Below are positions 11,670-26,118 of a stretch of 54,764 bases of DNA, one piece after another (position 1 is the stretch's first letter; each line of letters starts with the position of its first letter). The DNA lies in assembly GCA_022708865.1 (NCBI GenBank), contig JAKIXW010000002.1, forward strand, positions 1 to 54,764. Direction: 5' to 3'. The DNA is from Acidobacteriota bacterium. GTDB taxonomy: Bacteria > Actinomycetota > Actinomycetes > Mycobacteriales > Mycobacteriaceae. The translations under genes and the position numbers were made by a program. Under the pieces are notes generated by a model. That model was not told the DNA's origin. It saw only the letters and a program-made list of their open reading frames with translations, and made no database searches.

Positions 11670-12147
11670 TCGCCGTCACCGCACGAAGGTGCTGCCAGCT
11701 GGCCGCGAAGCCGGGGTGCAACGGCAGGTCGGCCACCTCGTCCTCGGCCACCCAGCGCAATTCGGAGCTTTCCCGGTTGGGGACGGTGTCCAGCAGACCC
11801 GGGGCGTCGGCGATGACGGTCGTATAGGACCAGTACGGCCCGCCGTCGGTCGAGCCCACCTCCGCAGTGACGACGGTGGTGCGGACGCGAACGTGCTCGG
11901 CGGGCAGCCCCGCCTCCTCGCGCGCCTCGCGCACGGCCGCCTGCTCGGCGGTCTCATGGCTGTCGCGGGCCCCGCCGGGCAGTGCCCAGGTGCCGCCCTG
12001 ATGGCTCCACGGTGCGCGGTGCTGCAGCAGGACCGCGGCCCGGCCGTCCGGGCGCAGGGCCCGAAGTAACAGACCGGCGGCGCCGTGCCGGCCCCAGTAG
12101 TGGGCACCGGATTCGGCGATCACCCAGCCGTCTCCGTCGCCATGCAC
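11620..12147 (-). CDS. mutT3: NUDIX hydrolase MutT3
   Basis: Nudix box [23 protein letters not shown] and N-terminal HGDGDGW...YWGRHGAAG. Lies between thiE and glnX. Confidence 0.85.
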   Translation of the reverse strand: MHGDGDGWVIAESGAHYWGRHGAAGLLLRALRPDGRAAVLLQHRAPWSHQGGTWALPGGARDSHETAEQAAVREAREEAGLPAEHVRVRTTVVTAEVGSTDGGPYWSYTTVIADAPGLLDTVPNRESSELRWVAEDEVADLPLHPGFAASWQHLRAVTATMPVLPDPVPPPAAQH

Positions 12148-12282
12148 GGGTTCAGGATAAGGCGCAGGCTGATAACTGGATGAAGTCCCGCCCTGATTAG
12201 CCACATGCGTCACACGAATGCTCTTAGACTTCACTTATCAATTGGTCTCGAAGCCCATTTCCGATGAAGGCGGTCCGCAGAG

Positions 12283-13598
12283 GTGACGGTTGAGCTGACG
12301 CACCCGTCGACCGAGCCGCTGGCGTCCCGGTCACCGGCCGGTGTCACGCAGCCGCGGTGGGCATTCCTGTGGACCACCCCGGGCCGCATCCTCACGATCG
12401 GGATCATCCTGGCCACGCTCGGCGTGATCAGTGCGGTAGCCACGTCGACGACGATCAACGAACGCCAGCGGGCAATGACCACGGTGCTCGACCACACCGA
12501 GCCGCTGTCGTTCGCGGCCGGGCAGCTGTACACCAAGTTGTCGGTCGCCGATGCAGCCGCGGCCACCGCCTTCATCGCCGGCGCCGAACCTCGCCCGGTC
12601 CGGCAGCGCTACGAGCAGTCGATCACCGATGCCGCGCTCGCCCTCACCCAAGCATCCGGCGGGCTGACCGACCAGCCGATGCAGGAGCTGCTCGGCCGGA
12701 TCAACGCCAACCTGGCGGTCTACACCGGGCTGATCGAGACCGCCCGGACCAACAACCGCGCGGGCAACCCGGTGGGTTCGTCGTACCTGGCCGAAGCGTC
12801 GGCGCTGATGCAGGAGACCATCCTGCCCGACGCGCAGCTGCTCTATCAGCAGACGTCGGCGCGCGTCGAGGCGGAAACCACCGCGTCGACCAGGATGCCG
12901 GCGCCGGTCATCCTGGTACTGGCCAGCACCGTCGTGTTCGGGTTGTTCGCACACCGCTGGCTGGCGCGCCGGACCCGGCGGCGGGTGAACGTCGGGCTGG
13001 TGGCCGGCGGCCTGGCGATCATGGTGATGGTGGTCTGGGTGGGCACCGTGCTGGCCGTCTCGACCGCCACCAGCCGCCGTGCGCAGGACACCTCCGCCGA
13101 CTCGCTCAAGACCATCACCAACCTGGCGATCACCGCCCAGCAGGCCCGGGCCGATGAGACCCTGTCGCTGATCCGCCGTGGCGACGAGACTGTCCGCAAG
13201 CAGTCCTACTACCAGCGGATCGACACGATGCAGCAACAACTTTCGTCATACCTGGACAGCAACCGATCGGCGGAACGCGCCGCACTCGGCGACGCCGAAA
13301 CGCTGCTGTCGAAGTGGCGCGCGGCCGATGAACGGATCAACGCCTACATCTCCGTCGGCAACTACCAGGCCGCCACCCAGGTGGCGCTGGGCACCGGCGA
13401 GGACGACTCCACCCCGGCGTTCGACAAGCTCGAGCAGGCGCTGGACGAGGGCATCCGGGCCAGCCGGGAACAACTGCGCTCCGACATCGTCAATGCTCGC
13501 CGGGTGCTGTCGGGCGCCACGGTGGGTGGCGTCGTCCTCTCCCTGAGTGCCGCGCTGGCCGTTGCGCTCGGGCTGTGGCCGCGAATGAGCGAGTACCG

Positions 13599-13602
<4 letters not shown>
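12283..13602 (+). CDS. glnX: GlnX membrane protein of the GlnH-GlnX-PknG pathway
   Basis: MTVELTHPSTEPL start, four TM segments, ends LWPRMSEYR. First gene of the glnH-pknG operon. Confidence 0.9.
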
Positions 13603-16840
<3,238 letters not shown>

Positions 16841-16841
16841 C

Positions 16842-17717
16842 CTAACGCCGGAACCGCTCACGCAATTCGGGGTCGGATTCCCACCACAGTCCGGTCGTTG
16901 CGGGTTCGGCATCCGCCCGGGCGTCCATCGCGGCGTCCACCTCCTCGGCGCGCGCGGATTCGTGCGTGCGCAGACTGCGGAACAGCACCAGCAGGAAGGG
17001 CAGGGCCAGCACGTCGCCGAGGATCCACAAGATACCGGCGCCCACCGACTGGTCGGTGCGCAGACTCGGCCCCCACGTCCGGCCGAGTCCGGTGTAGTAG
17101 TCCTGTGCGATCAGCGGACCCAGCCACAGCACGATGCCGAGGATCCCGTCGCCCAGCCCCTCGGCGATGCTGATCCCGATGGACAGCAGCGGGGAGTACC
17201 GCCGCGGGACCGGGTCAGCCTGCAGCCGCGCGTAGAAGTAGCCAAATCCGACGACCACCAACAACAGCCGCGTGGCGGCCCCGGTGACGCCGCCCATCGA
17301 CGCGATGTACCACGGGGTGAGATAGAGCAGCCAGGGCGCGGCCAGCATCGCCAGTGATGTGGTCAACGGGGACAACAGGATCCGCGCAGCCCTGCCGGTC
17401 ACCACGGCGCCGAGCCCGAACGTGGCCACCGGGCGGCCGGCCGCCAGGAAGAACGGCACGACGTAGAGCAGCAGCAACACCTGCAGCGCCCGTACCCAGA
17501 ACAGCACCGGTGCATACACACCGATGGCACTGCACACGGTCAGCGCCCACATCGTCAGCCCGGTGTAGAAACACCAGGCCGGCCCGACGTCGCTCCGGCG
17601 GGACCGGCGGTAGTACCCGCCGCCCACCGCGCCGATCACGATCAGCGCCAGCACGTCCACGGTCCAGGAGCCCGCAGCGGCGGGCAGCGTCAGCGGCACC
17701 GCGGCCGGATCGCCCAT
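16842..17717 (-). CDS. Caa3_CtaG-like cytochrome c oxidase assembly family membrane protein (degenerate)
   Basis: Multi-TM protein with CtaG-like layout: GVYAPVLFW, DPVP, DQSVGAGILWILGD. Confidence 0.7.
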   Translation of the reverse strand: MGDPAAVPLTLPAAAGSWTVDVLALIVIGAVGGGYYRRSRRSDVGPAWCFYTGLTMWALTVCSAIGVYAPVLFWVRALQVLLLLYVVPFFLAAGRPVATFGLGAVVTGRAARILLSPLTTSLAMLAAPWLLYLTPWYIASMGGVTGAATRLLLVVVGFGYFYARLQADPVPRRYSPLLSIGISIAEGLGDGILGIVLWLGPLIAQDYYTGLGRTWGPSLRTDQSVGAGILWILGDVLALPFLLVLFRSLRTHESARAEEVDAAMDARADAEPATTGLWWESDPELRERFRR

Positions 17718-17819
17718 GGCCGGAAATCGTAGGCCCCGAACCTGGCAGATCCGTGGGAGCGGGAACCTCCCAGGAAGGCCGGGGCCCACTCGCAGGCGTG
17801 CGGACTACCGTGCGGCCGT

Positions 17820-18830
17820 GTGAACCTGCCCGTACTCGGACCGCTCTCGCTGACCGGCTTCCAGCACGGCTGGTACTTCCTGTACGCACTCGTCGCGCTC
17901 GCCGCGCTCGGTGGATATGTCGCCACCCAGCTGTGCCGTCGCCGTCATGTCCTGCGGTTCGCCAACATGGACCTGCTGGCTTCCGTCGCTCCGCCCCGGG
18001 GCCGCCAGTTCGTCCGGCATCTGCCCGCGATACTGCTCGTCGGCGCGGTTGCGCTGCTCACCCTGGCGCTGGCCGGCCCCACCTACGCACAGCGGATCCC
18101 GCAGAACCGGGCCGTGGTGATGCTGGTGATCGACGTCTCCGAATCCATGGCCGCGACCGATGTCGGCCCAAGCCGACTGGCCGCCGCCAAGGACGCGGGC
18201 AAGCGGTTCGCCGACGAGCTCACCCCGGGCATCAACCTCGGTCTGGTCGCATTCGCCGGGACCGCCTCGGTCCTGGTCCCGCCGACCACCGACCGCGCGA
18301 GGACCAGGGCGGCGATCGACAAGCTCCAGGTCGCCGAGCGGACCGCGACGGGTGAGGGCATTCTGACCGCGCTGCAACAGATCGCCACCGTCGAAGGCGT
18401 GATCGGTGGCGGCGACGGTCCGCCGCCGGCCCGGATCGTGCTGGAGTCCGACGGCAAGGAGACCGTGCCGACCCACCCGGACGATCCGCGCGGCGCGTTC
18501 ACCGCCGCGGAATCGGCGAAGGAGCAAGGCGTAGTCATCTCGACCATCTCGTTCGGCACTCCCGACGGTTATGTCGATGTCGACGGACAGCATGTCGCCG
18601 TGCCGGTGGACGACGACACGTTGCGCCACGTCGCCGAGATCACCGGCGGCGACCTGATGCACGCCGACAACCTCGGCCAACTGGACCATGCCTATGCGAC
18701 CCTGCAGGACGAACTGGGCTATCAGACCGTTCCCGGGGATGCCAGCACCGCGTGGATCGCGTTGGGCACCGTCGTACTATTCGCAGCGGCGCTGACGGGA
18801 CTGCTGCTCGACCGCCGGCTGCCGGGCTAG
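17820..18830 (+). CDS. Membrane-anchored vWA domain protein (BatA/Rv1481-like)
   Basis: N-terminal TM pair with RFAN, MIDAS DVSES...TATG...SDG, and a C-terminal TM. Confidence 0.88.
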   Translation: MNLPVLGPLSLTGFQHGWYFLYALVALAALGGYVATQLCRRRHVLRFANMDLLASVAPPRGRQFVRHLPAILLVGAVALLTLALAGPTYAQRIPQNRAVVMLVIDVSESMAATDVGPSRLAAAKDAGKRFADELTPGINLGLVAFAGTASVLVPPTTDRARTRAAIDKLQVAERTATGEGILTALQQIATVEGVIGGGDGPPPARIVLESDGKETVPTHPDDPRGAFTAAESAKEQGVVISTISFGTPDGYVDVDGQHVAVPVDDDTLRHVAEITGGDLMHADNLGQLDHAYATLQDELGYQTVPGDASTAWIALGTVVLFAAALTGLLLDRRLPG

Positions 18831-20044
18831 TCGCTCGGCTGGTCCCCCAGCACGTCCACGCACGCCCGGGCGATCGCCAGCTCCTCGTTGGTCGGAATCA
18901 CCAGCACGGTGATCGGCGAATTCTCGGCGGAGATCACCCGCGGCCCCTTGCCCGGACTCTCGTTGAGGTGCTCGTCGAGCTCGATCCCCAGCGGTGCCAG
19001 CCCGGTGAGCGCATCACGGCGCACGGTCGCGTCGTTCTCGCCCACCCCGGCGGTGAACGAGATGACATCAGTATTGCCCAGCACCGCCAGGTACGCGCCG
19101 ATGTACTTGCGCAGCCGGTGGATGTACACGTCGTAACCGAGTCGTGCTGCACGCCTTTCGGTTTCGGAGCCAGTTTCGATCAGCTTGTGCAATTCCCGGA
19201 AGTCGTTGTGGCCGGCCAGGCCGAACACGCCGGAGCGACGGTTCAGCATGTTCTCGATGTCCTCGGTGGCCATGCCGGCCGTCCGCGCCAGGTAGAAGAT
19301 GATCCCGGGGTCGACGTCACCGCTGCGCGTTCCCATCACCAGGCCCTCCATCGGGGTCATTCCCATGGAGGTGTCGACGGGGCGCCCGCCGACGATGGCC
19401 GAGGCCGATGCGCCGTTGCCCAGGTGCAGCACGATCTGGCTGATGCCGGCGGGATCGGCGCCCAGGAATTCGGCGGCCTGCTCGCTGACGTACTGGTGCG
19501 AGGTGCCGTGGAAGCCGTAGCGGCGCACCCCCCACGCTTCGGCGGTCTCGCGGTCGATCGCATAGGTGGCGGCCGCCGCCGGCAGATCGTGGAAGAACGC
19601 CGTGTCGAACACCGCGATGTGCGGCAGATCGGGCAGGATCCGGCGCGCCACTTCGATCCCAAGGACGCCGGGCGGATTGTGCAGGGGCGCAAGGGGAGCC
19701 AGTTCGTTCAACCGCGCGATCAGCGCATCGTCGATGACCGTCGGACGGTAGAACTCGCGCCCGCCGTGCACCACCCGGTGCCCGACCGCCACCAGACCCA
19801 GCGTCTCGAGGTGGCCACCCGCCTCGGCGAACATCTCGAAGGTGAGGCGCAGCGCGTCGTCGTGGTCGGCGATCCGGCGCTCCCGGCCGATCTTGAGCCC
19901 GCCGAACTCCAGCGTTGCCAGCGCGTGATCGCTGCCGATCTTCTCGACGATGCCGTGCGCCACCGAGATCCCCGGATCCGGTTGCACCATGCTGTATTTC
20001 AGCGACGAGGAACCCGAGTTGAGCACCAGGACCGTACGTTGCAC
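18827..20044 (-). CDS. ackA: Acetate kinase
   Basis: Motifs [42 protein letters not shown] and PTNEE. Confidence 0.97.
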   Translation of the reverse strand: MQRTVLVLNSGSSSLKYSMVQPDPGISVAHGIVEKIGSDHALATLEFGGLKIGRERRIADHDDALRLTFEMFAEAGGHLETLGLVAVGHRVVHGGREFYRPTVIDDALIARLNELAPLAPLHNPPGVLGIEVARRILPDLPHIAVFDTAFFHDLPAAAATYAIDRETAEAWGVRRYGFHGTSHQYVSEQAAEFLGADPAGISQIVLHLGNGASASAIVGGRPVDTSMGMTPMEGLVMGTRSGDVDPGIIFYLARTAGMATEDIENMLNRRSGVFGLAGHNDFRELHKLIETGSETERRAARLGYDVYIHRLRKYIGAYLAVLGNTDVISFTAGVGENDATVRRDALTGLAPLGIELDEHLNESPGKGPRVISAENSPITVLVIPTNEELAIARACVDVLGDQPSD

Positions 20045-20047
20045 TGC

Positions 20048-22095
20048 TCAGTCCTCCTGGGCCTGGATCGCCGTGATGGCCACCGTGTTGACGATATCGG
20101 CCACCAGCGCTCCCCGGGACAGGTCGTTCACCGGCTTGTTCAGGCCCTGGAGCACGGGGCCGATCGCGATCGCCCCGGCGCTGCGTTGGACCGCCTTGTA
20201 GGTGTTGTTACCGGTATTGAGGTCGGGGAAGATCAGCACGGTGGCCCGGCCGGCCACCGGCGAATCGGGCATCTTGGTGACCGCGACGGATGGCTCGACC
20301 GCGGCGTCGTACTGGATCGGGCCCTCCACCAACAGCGCGGGATCCCGCTGCCGGACCAGATCGGTTGCGGCCCGGACCTTGTCGACATCGGCGCCGCTGC
20401 CCGAACTGCCGGTCGAATAGGACAGCAGCGCCACCCGCGGTTCGATGCCGAACTGCGCGGCGGTACGCGCCGAACTGATCGCGATGTCGGCCAGTTGTTC
20501 GGAGGTGGGATCCGGGACGATCGCGCAGTCGCCGTAGGCCAGCACGCGATCGGCCAGGCACATCAGGAAGATGCTGGACACCGTCGACACGTCGGGCCGG
20601 GTGCGAATGATCTCGAACGCCGGGCGCACCGTGTGCGCGGTGGTGTGCGCCGCACCCGACACCATGCCGTCGACGATGTCGTTGTGCACCAGCATGGTGC
20701 CGAAATACGAGACGTCATGGATGATCTCGCGGGCCTGCTCGACAGTGATGCCCTTCTTCTTGCGCATCTCGGCGTACTGCTCGGCGAACCGGTCGCACAA
20801 GTCGGACGTGCGCGGGTTGAGCACGGTCGCCGCGGCCAGGTCGACGCCCAGTTCGGCGGCCCGCGCCCGGATGGCGGCCTCGTCGCCCAGGATGGTCAGG
20901 TCCGCCACCTCGCGGCGCAGCAGCCGCCCGGCGGCCTCGAGGATGCGGTCGTCGTCACCCTCGGGCAACACGATTCGCTTGCGGTCGGCCCGGGCCCGCT
21001 CCAACAGCTGGAACTCGAACATCTGCGGGGTGGTGACCGTCGGGATCGGCAGCGACAGCGCGGCGACCAGTTCGCAGACGTCCACGTGGCGTTCCATCAG
21101 CTCCAGCGAGGTGTCGATCTTGCGCTGGGAGTTCACGGTCACCCGCCCGCGGGCGGCGGCGGCCGCGCTGGCCGTCTCGAAGGTGCCCAGGTCGGTGGCG
21201 ATGATGGGCAGCCGTAGGCCCAGGCCGTCGACCAGGGCCGCGATCGACGGATGCAGCGGTAGCCCACCGTTGAGGATCACCGTCGACAAGGACGGGAAGT
21301 TCTCCGCCGCATGGGCACCCATGACGGCGAGCACCACGTCGGAACGATCACCCGGGGTGATCACCGCCATGCCCTCGCGCAGCCGCTCGAGCACGTGCTC
21401 GGCCGTCATGCCGGCGACCAGTACACCGATCGCTTCGCGGCCGAGCAGCGCTTCGTCACCCTTGATCAGCGTTCCCCCGACGGCCCGCTGCAGATCACCG
21501 ACCGAAGGCGCGACGAGGAACGGTTCTTCGGGCAGCACATAGGATTTCGGCGTCAGCCGGGACAGCTCGGCGGCCACCGCCGGCAGCTGTTCCGGAGCAC
21601 AGCGGTTGGCGACGATCGCGGCGGCGCGGTCGTGGTGCCGAGCTGCTCGGCGCGGCGCTGCTGATCGCGCCCAGAGATGACGAGCATGACCGGGGCGCCG
21701 AGATTCGCGGCGATCCGCGCGTTGTAGCTGAACTCGGCGGGGCTGGCGACGTCGGTGTAGTCGCTGCCGACGACGAGCACCGCATCGCATTGTGCGGCCA
21801 TCCGGTGGAACCGGGCGACGATATCGGCGATGGCGCCGTCGGGGTCCTCGTGCAGTCGCTGGTAGTCGACGCCCACGCACTCCTCGTAGGGCAACCCGGC
21901 GGTCGAATGCGCCAGCAACATCTCGAGGATGTAGTCGCGCCGTTCGCCGAGCCGGGTGATCGGCCGGAACACCCCGACGCGGGCCACCATGGCGGTCAGC
22001 CGGTGCAGGATGCCGAGCGCAATGGTCGATTTCCCGGTGTCGCCCTCGGGGGAGGCGATGTAGATGGTCGTGGCGAGATGTCCGTCGTCCGGCAC
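20048..22095 (-). pseudogene. pta: Phosphate acetyltransferase, frameshifted near 21620-21670 (true lesion or sequence error)
   Basis: The N-terminal AAA_26 part (IYIASPEGDTGKS...ANLGAPV) is in the 22095 frame, which stops at 21553. The DRTGG and PTA_PTB parts (AAIVANRC...GDRSD...RIVLPEG...DLSRG) are in a different frame. Confidence 0.8.
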
Positions 22096-22242
22096 GGCTA
22101 CAGTTTAGGGCGGCGGGGGCGGATCGGGGCCCGTGCCGGCCGATCGAACGGGGCACCGTCATCTCGTGCCGACCGGAGGCGTGGCACACCGTCCAGAACG
22201 GGTACAGGTATGCAACACTCGGAAAAGAGATCGAGCGTGGTG

Positions 22243-23151
22243 ATGGAACAAACTCCGGCCGGCATCGGCACCGACAACTGGTTCGCCCCCGACGAACTGG
22301 CATTACATCCGCGCAATGTGCACTTCGACCTCGCCGGTGCGCCACTGCACTGGATCCCCGGTGACCCTTACGGATCGCACGCGGTGACCGCGTTGAACCT
22401 GTTCCTGCCGGCCGCCGAGCGGTGGTTCAGCAAGCTGCTGTCCGACGCGCTGGAGTATGTCCGCGACGACCACCTCCGCGAGGAGATGATCGGATTCATC
22501 GGCCAGGAATCCGTGCACGCCAGGACACACGACCGGGTGCTGGTGGACTACCTGCGCCAGCACGGGATCGACCCGGGGCCCTTCGAGCGGCAGCTCGACT
22601 GGATCGCCGGTCAGTACGACCAGCGGATCGCGAAGGTCGAGCCGCACAACCGGCGCAAGGTGCTGGCCTCCGGCACCCATGCGCTGTGCGCGGCGGAGCA
22701 CTTCACGGGTGTCCTCGGAAACTGGGTGCTCAACAATTCCTGGGACGAGATGTCCGTGGATCCCACGCTGGCCGACCTCTACCGCTGGCACGGGGCCGAG
22801 GAAGTGGAACACCGCCACGTCTCCTACAACGTCGCCAAGTACTTCGACATGGACTACCTCGCCCAGGTCTTCGCGACCGTCGCGGTGACCGTCGCGCTGG
22901 TGGGCATCGTGCTGCGCGGGACCAAGTTCCTGGTCAACGCGGATCCGACGCTGCCCAACACGGGGTACCTCCGCCTGCTGTGGAAGCTGCACCGTTCGGG
23001 CGAGCGCGGGTCCATCTTGACGGGCGGCATGATCCTGCGCGCCGCCGCGCGCATGTTCGAGCGCGACTACAACCCGGCCACCGAGGGAGACACGGCGCAG
23101 GCGGTGGCGTACCTGGCCACCTCGCCCGCGGCGCGCGCGGCCCATGCCTGA
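22243..23151 (+). CDS. Ferritin-like 'predicted metal-dependent hydrolase' (probable diiron protein)
   Basis: Motifs LPAAERWF, FIGQESVH, AAEHFT and WHGAEEVEH. Start inferred. Confidence 0.82.
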   Translation: MEQTPAGIGTDNWFAPDELALHPRNVHFDLAGAPLHWIPGDPYGSHAVTALNLFLPAAERWFSKLLSDALEYVRDDHLREEMIGFIGQESVHARTHDRVLVDYLRQHGIDPGPFERQLDWIAGQYDQRIAKVEPHNRRKVLASGTHALCAAEHFTGVLGNWVLNNSWDEMSVDPTLADLYRWHGAEEVEHRHVSYNVAKYFDMDYLAQVFATVAVTVALVGIVLRGTKFLVNADPTLPNTGYLRLLWKLHRSGERGSILTGGMILRAAARMFERDYNPATEGDTAQAVAYLATSPAARAAHA

Positions 23152-24274
23152 CCCGCGGCGACGCGCGCGAGAGTTACTCAGGCCCTACACCGGTGAACCG
23201 CCCCCCGGGCTGTACCGGTCCGGGCCCGACCTTCTGATTCGCCTCGCCGGAACGGCGGTGTCGCACTTCGTCTCGGTGGTGTCCCGGCTGGGCGGCGACG
23301 CCGAGCCGCCCCCACGCCCGCACATCGTCAACCGCACGCCGGTGACCGTCGCGCAGCGCCGGTTGGTGGCGGTCGACAACGACGTGGTTGCGCTCACGCT
23401 CGCCGCGACCGACGGTGCGCCGCTGCCCCGGTGGCATCCGGGCGCCCATATCGACGTCGAACTCCGGTCCGGGCGAACCCGGCAGTACTCGCTGTGCGGT
23501 GATCCGCGGCAGGACCGGGAGTACCGGATCGCGGTCCGGTTGATCCCGGGCGACGGGGCGTCGGCCGAGGTGCACGCGCTGGCCGCGGGCGACCAGATCC
23601 TGATCAGTGCCCCACGCAACGGGTTCATGATGCCGGTGCCGGGATCCGGGTCCAGGGCAGCGGCAGTCCATTTCGTCGCGGGCGGCATCGGCATCACCCC
23701 GATCCTGCCGATGGTTCACCTCGCCGATCGGCTGGGTGTCCCGTGGTCGCTGTGCTACACCGGCCGGCACCGGCAGAGCCTGCCGTTCGTGGACGAGTTG
23801 CTGGCGTTCGGTGACCGGGTGACCGTGCGCACCGACGACGAGCACGGCCTACCGTCGACACTCGACCTGCTGTGCGGCGTCGACGAGCGCACCGCGGTGT
23901 ACGTGTGCGGCCCACCGCCGATGATCGAGATGCTCCGCCGGCACATCGGCCCCGAGGTGGAGTTCCATGCCGAACGGTTCTCGCCGCCACCGGTGGCCGG
24001 CGGACTGCCGTTCGAGCTGGAACTGGCCACGACCGCGACGGTCGTTCCCGTCGCCGCCGATCAGAGCGCGCTCGCCGCGTTGCGCGCGGTGCGGCCCGAC
24101 GTCGGCTATTCCTGCCAGCAGGGCTTCTGTGGCACGTGCGTGCAGCGAGTGATCGGCGGCGACATCGAGCACCGCGACCACATCCTGACCGAGCGGCAGC
24201 GCGCGCTCGGTCAGGTGCTGGTGTGCGTCTCCCGGGCCCGATCCGAGGGCGGCAGGTTGGTCCTGGACCTCTGA
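23144..24274 (+). CDS. PDR/VanB-family flavin 2Fe-2S oxidoreductase
   Basis: RQYSL flavin motif, AGGIGITP, YVCGP, and a C-terminal CQQGFCGTC...C ferredoxin. Confidence 0.92.
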   Translation: MPDPRRRARELLRPYTGEPPPGLYRSGPDLLIRLAGTAVSHFVSVVSRLGGDAEPPPRPHIVNRTPVTVAQRRLVAVDNDVVALTLAATDGAPLPRWHPGAHIDVELRSGRTRQYSLCGDPRQDREYRIAVRLIPGDGASAEVHALAAGDQILISAPRNGFMMPVPGSGSRAAAVHFVAGGIGITPILPMVHLADRLGVPWSLCYTGRHRQSLPFVDELLAFGDRVTVRTDDEHGLPSTLDLLCGVDERTAVYVCGPPPMIEMLRRHIGPEVEFHAERFSPPPVAGGLPFELELATTATVVPVAADQSALAALRAVRPDVGYSCQQGFCGTCVQRVIGGDIEHRDHILTERQRALGQVLVCVSRARSEGGRLVLDL

Positions 24275-24282
24275 GGTCCGGG

Positions 24283-25305
24283 TCAGCCCAACTTCCGCAA
24301 CCGCGGCTCCAGGTCCCGCTGGAAGAGTTCCAGGAACCGGCGCTGATCGTGGCCGGGAGCGTGGAACACCAAGTGGTTCAAGCCATATCCGACGTACTCG
24401 CCGACCTTCTCGACAGCCTCGTCGGGATCCGAGGCCACGATCCAGCGCTTGGCCACCTGCTCGATGGGCAGCGCGTCGGCAGCCTTCTCCATCTCGATCG
24501 GGTCGTCGATGGAGTGCTTCTGCTCGGCGGTCAGCGACAGCGGCGCCCAGAACCGCGTATTCTCCAGTGCCCGTTCGGGATCGGTGTCATAGGAGATCTT
24601 GATCTCGATCATCTTGTCGATGTCGTCGACACTGCGCTCGGCGGCCGCGGCGCCCTCGCGAACGGCCGGCATGAGCTTGTCCTTGTACAGTTCCTCACCC
24701 TTGCCCGAGGTGCAGATGAACCCGTCGCCCGCACGGCCGGCATACTTGGCCACCGCCGGTCCGCCCGCGGCGATGTAGATCGGCACCCCGCCGTCGGGGA
24801 CGTCGTAGATCGAGGCACCCTTCAGCGTGTAGTAGTCGCCGTCGAAGTCGACCCGGTCGCCGCGCCACAGTTCCCGCATCAGGCGCACCGACTCGCGCAG
24901 CCGCGCGAAGCGTTCCTTGAATTCCGGCCATTCGCCGGTGTAGCCGGTGGCGATCTCATTGAGGGCCTCGCCGGTGCCCACACCGAGGAACACCCGCTCG
25001 GGATACAGGCAGGCCATGGTCGCGAAGGCCTGCGCCACCACGGCGGGGTTGTACCGGAAGGTCGGGGTCAGCACCGAGGTGCCCAGGATCAGGTGCTCGG
25101 TGCGCTCGCCCACCGCGGTCATCCACGCCAGCGAGAACGGCGCGTGCCCACCGTTGTGCCGCCACGGCTGGAAGTGGTCGCTGACGGTCGCACTGTCCAT
25201 GCCGTGGGCCTCGGCCGCGACGGCCAGTTCGACGAGTTCCCGCGGCGCGAATTGCTCCGCTGACGCCTTGTATCCCAGTTTCAGTCCAGGTTTGAGTTCA
25301 GCCAC
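24283..25305 (-). CDS. fgd: F420-dependent glucose-6-phosphate dehydrogenase
   Basis: Motifs [27 protein letters not shown] and CTSGKG. Position next to pta. Confidence 0.95.
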   Translation of the reverse strand: MAELKPGLKLGYKASAEQFAPRELVELAVAAEAHGMDSATVSDHFQPWRHNGGHAPFSLAWMTAVGERTEHLILGTSVLTPTFRYNPAVVAQAFATMACLYPERVFLGVGTGEALNEIATGYTGEWPEFKERFARLRESVRLMRELWRGDRVDFDGDYYTLKGASIYDVPDGGVPIYIAAGGPAVAKYAGRAGDGFICTSGKGEELYKDKLMPAVREGAAAAERSVDDIDKMIEIKISYDTDPERALENTRFWAPLSLTAEQKHSIDDPIEMEKAADALPIEQVAKRWIVASDPDEAVEKVGEYVGYGLNHLVFHAPGHDQRRFLELFQRDLEPRLRKLG

Positions 25306-25340
25306 TCTCCTTTTCTACCCTCCGGTCCTAGGATTGCGGA

Positions 25341-26093
25341 ATGGCAGCTGCCGGGGGTGAGCTGGTCCAGGTCACCGATGTCGTGCACATCGCCAGGACC
25401 GACCTGGTGAACTGGACGGTGGTGATCGACGGGGACGGGGTCCTGTTGATCGACGCCGGCTTCCCCGGTCAACGCGCCGAGGTGCTGGCCACCCTCGCGC
25501 AACTGGGCGTCGGACCCGGTGACGTGCACTCAATTCTGTTGACGCACGCCCACATCGACCATTTCGGCGCCGCCATCTGGTTCGCCGCCGAACACCGCAC
25601 GCCGGTGTACTGCCACGCCGACGAGGTCGGGCACGCCAAACGCACCTACCTCGAGCAGGCCTCGCCGCTGGCCGTGGCCGCGCACGCCTGGCAGCCACGC
25701 TGGGTGCGGTGGTCGGCCGAGATCGCACGCAAGGGCGCCTTCGTGAAAGCCGGAATCCCCACCGCGCAGCCGCTGACCGCCGACGTCGCCGCCACGCTGC
25801 CGGGCAACCCGATCGCCATCCCCACTCCCGGGCACACCGGCGGGCACTGCTCGTACCTCGTGGACGGCGTACTGATCAGCGGCGACGCCCTGGTGACCGG
25901 CCATCCCACCTCGCCGCGGCGCGGACCGCAGCTGTTGCACCGGGTGTTCAACCACGACGAGGAACGCTGTGTGCGCAGCCTGGGCGCGCTGGCGATGCTG
26001 GAGACGACGGTGCTGGTGCCCGGTCACGGCGACGTGTGGCGGGGTCCGATCCGCGAGCTGACCGATCAGGCGATCGCCGCGCACGCACACTGA
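25341..26093 (+). CDS. Metallo-beta-lactamase fold hydrolase (Rv0406c-like)
   Basis: THAHIDH, PGHT, SGD and PGHG motifs. Confidence 0.9.
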   Translation: MAAAGGELVQVTDVVHIARTDLVNWTVVIDGDGVLLIDAGFPGQRAEVLATLAQLGVGPGDVHSILLTHAHIDHFGAAIWFAAEHRTPVYCHADEVGHAKRTYLEQASPLAVAAHAWQPRWVRWSAEIARKGAFVKAGIPTAQPLTADVAATLPGNPIAIPTPGHTGGHCSYLVDGVLISGDALVTGHPTSPRRGPQLLHRVFNHDEERCVRSLGALAMLETTVLVPGHGDVWRGPIRELTDQAIAAHAH

Positions 26094-26094
26094 T

Positions 26095-26110
26095 TTGACA
26101 CGTGTAAAGT
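26095..26110 (+). promoter_or_regulatory. Near-palindromic operator (TTGACACGTGTAAA) overlapping a TAAAGT -10 of the SDR gene
   Basis: AT-rich dyad with perfect core ACACGTGT. TAAAGT lies 8 nt before ATG 26119. Confidence 0.5.
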
Positions 26111-26118
26111 TCGCTGGC

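Noticed and set aside
18752-21217. 821-aa plus-strand ORF
   Set aside because: Antisense shadow of ackA/pta typical of high-GC DNA; no recognisable motifs.
21600-21680. Programmed ribosomal frameshift in pta
   Set aside because: No slippery heptamer visible, and the sequence appears to have lost codons.
21680-22345. N-terminal part of the 765-aa pta ORF as a novel domain
   Set aside because: Off-frame reading; the real Pta N-terminus is in the 22095 frame.
25270-25305. Extra KPGL residues at the Fgd N-terminus (imperfect 12-bp duplication)
   Set aside because: Trivial in-frame terminal variation, unlikely to matter.
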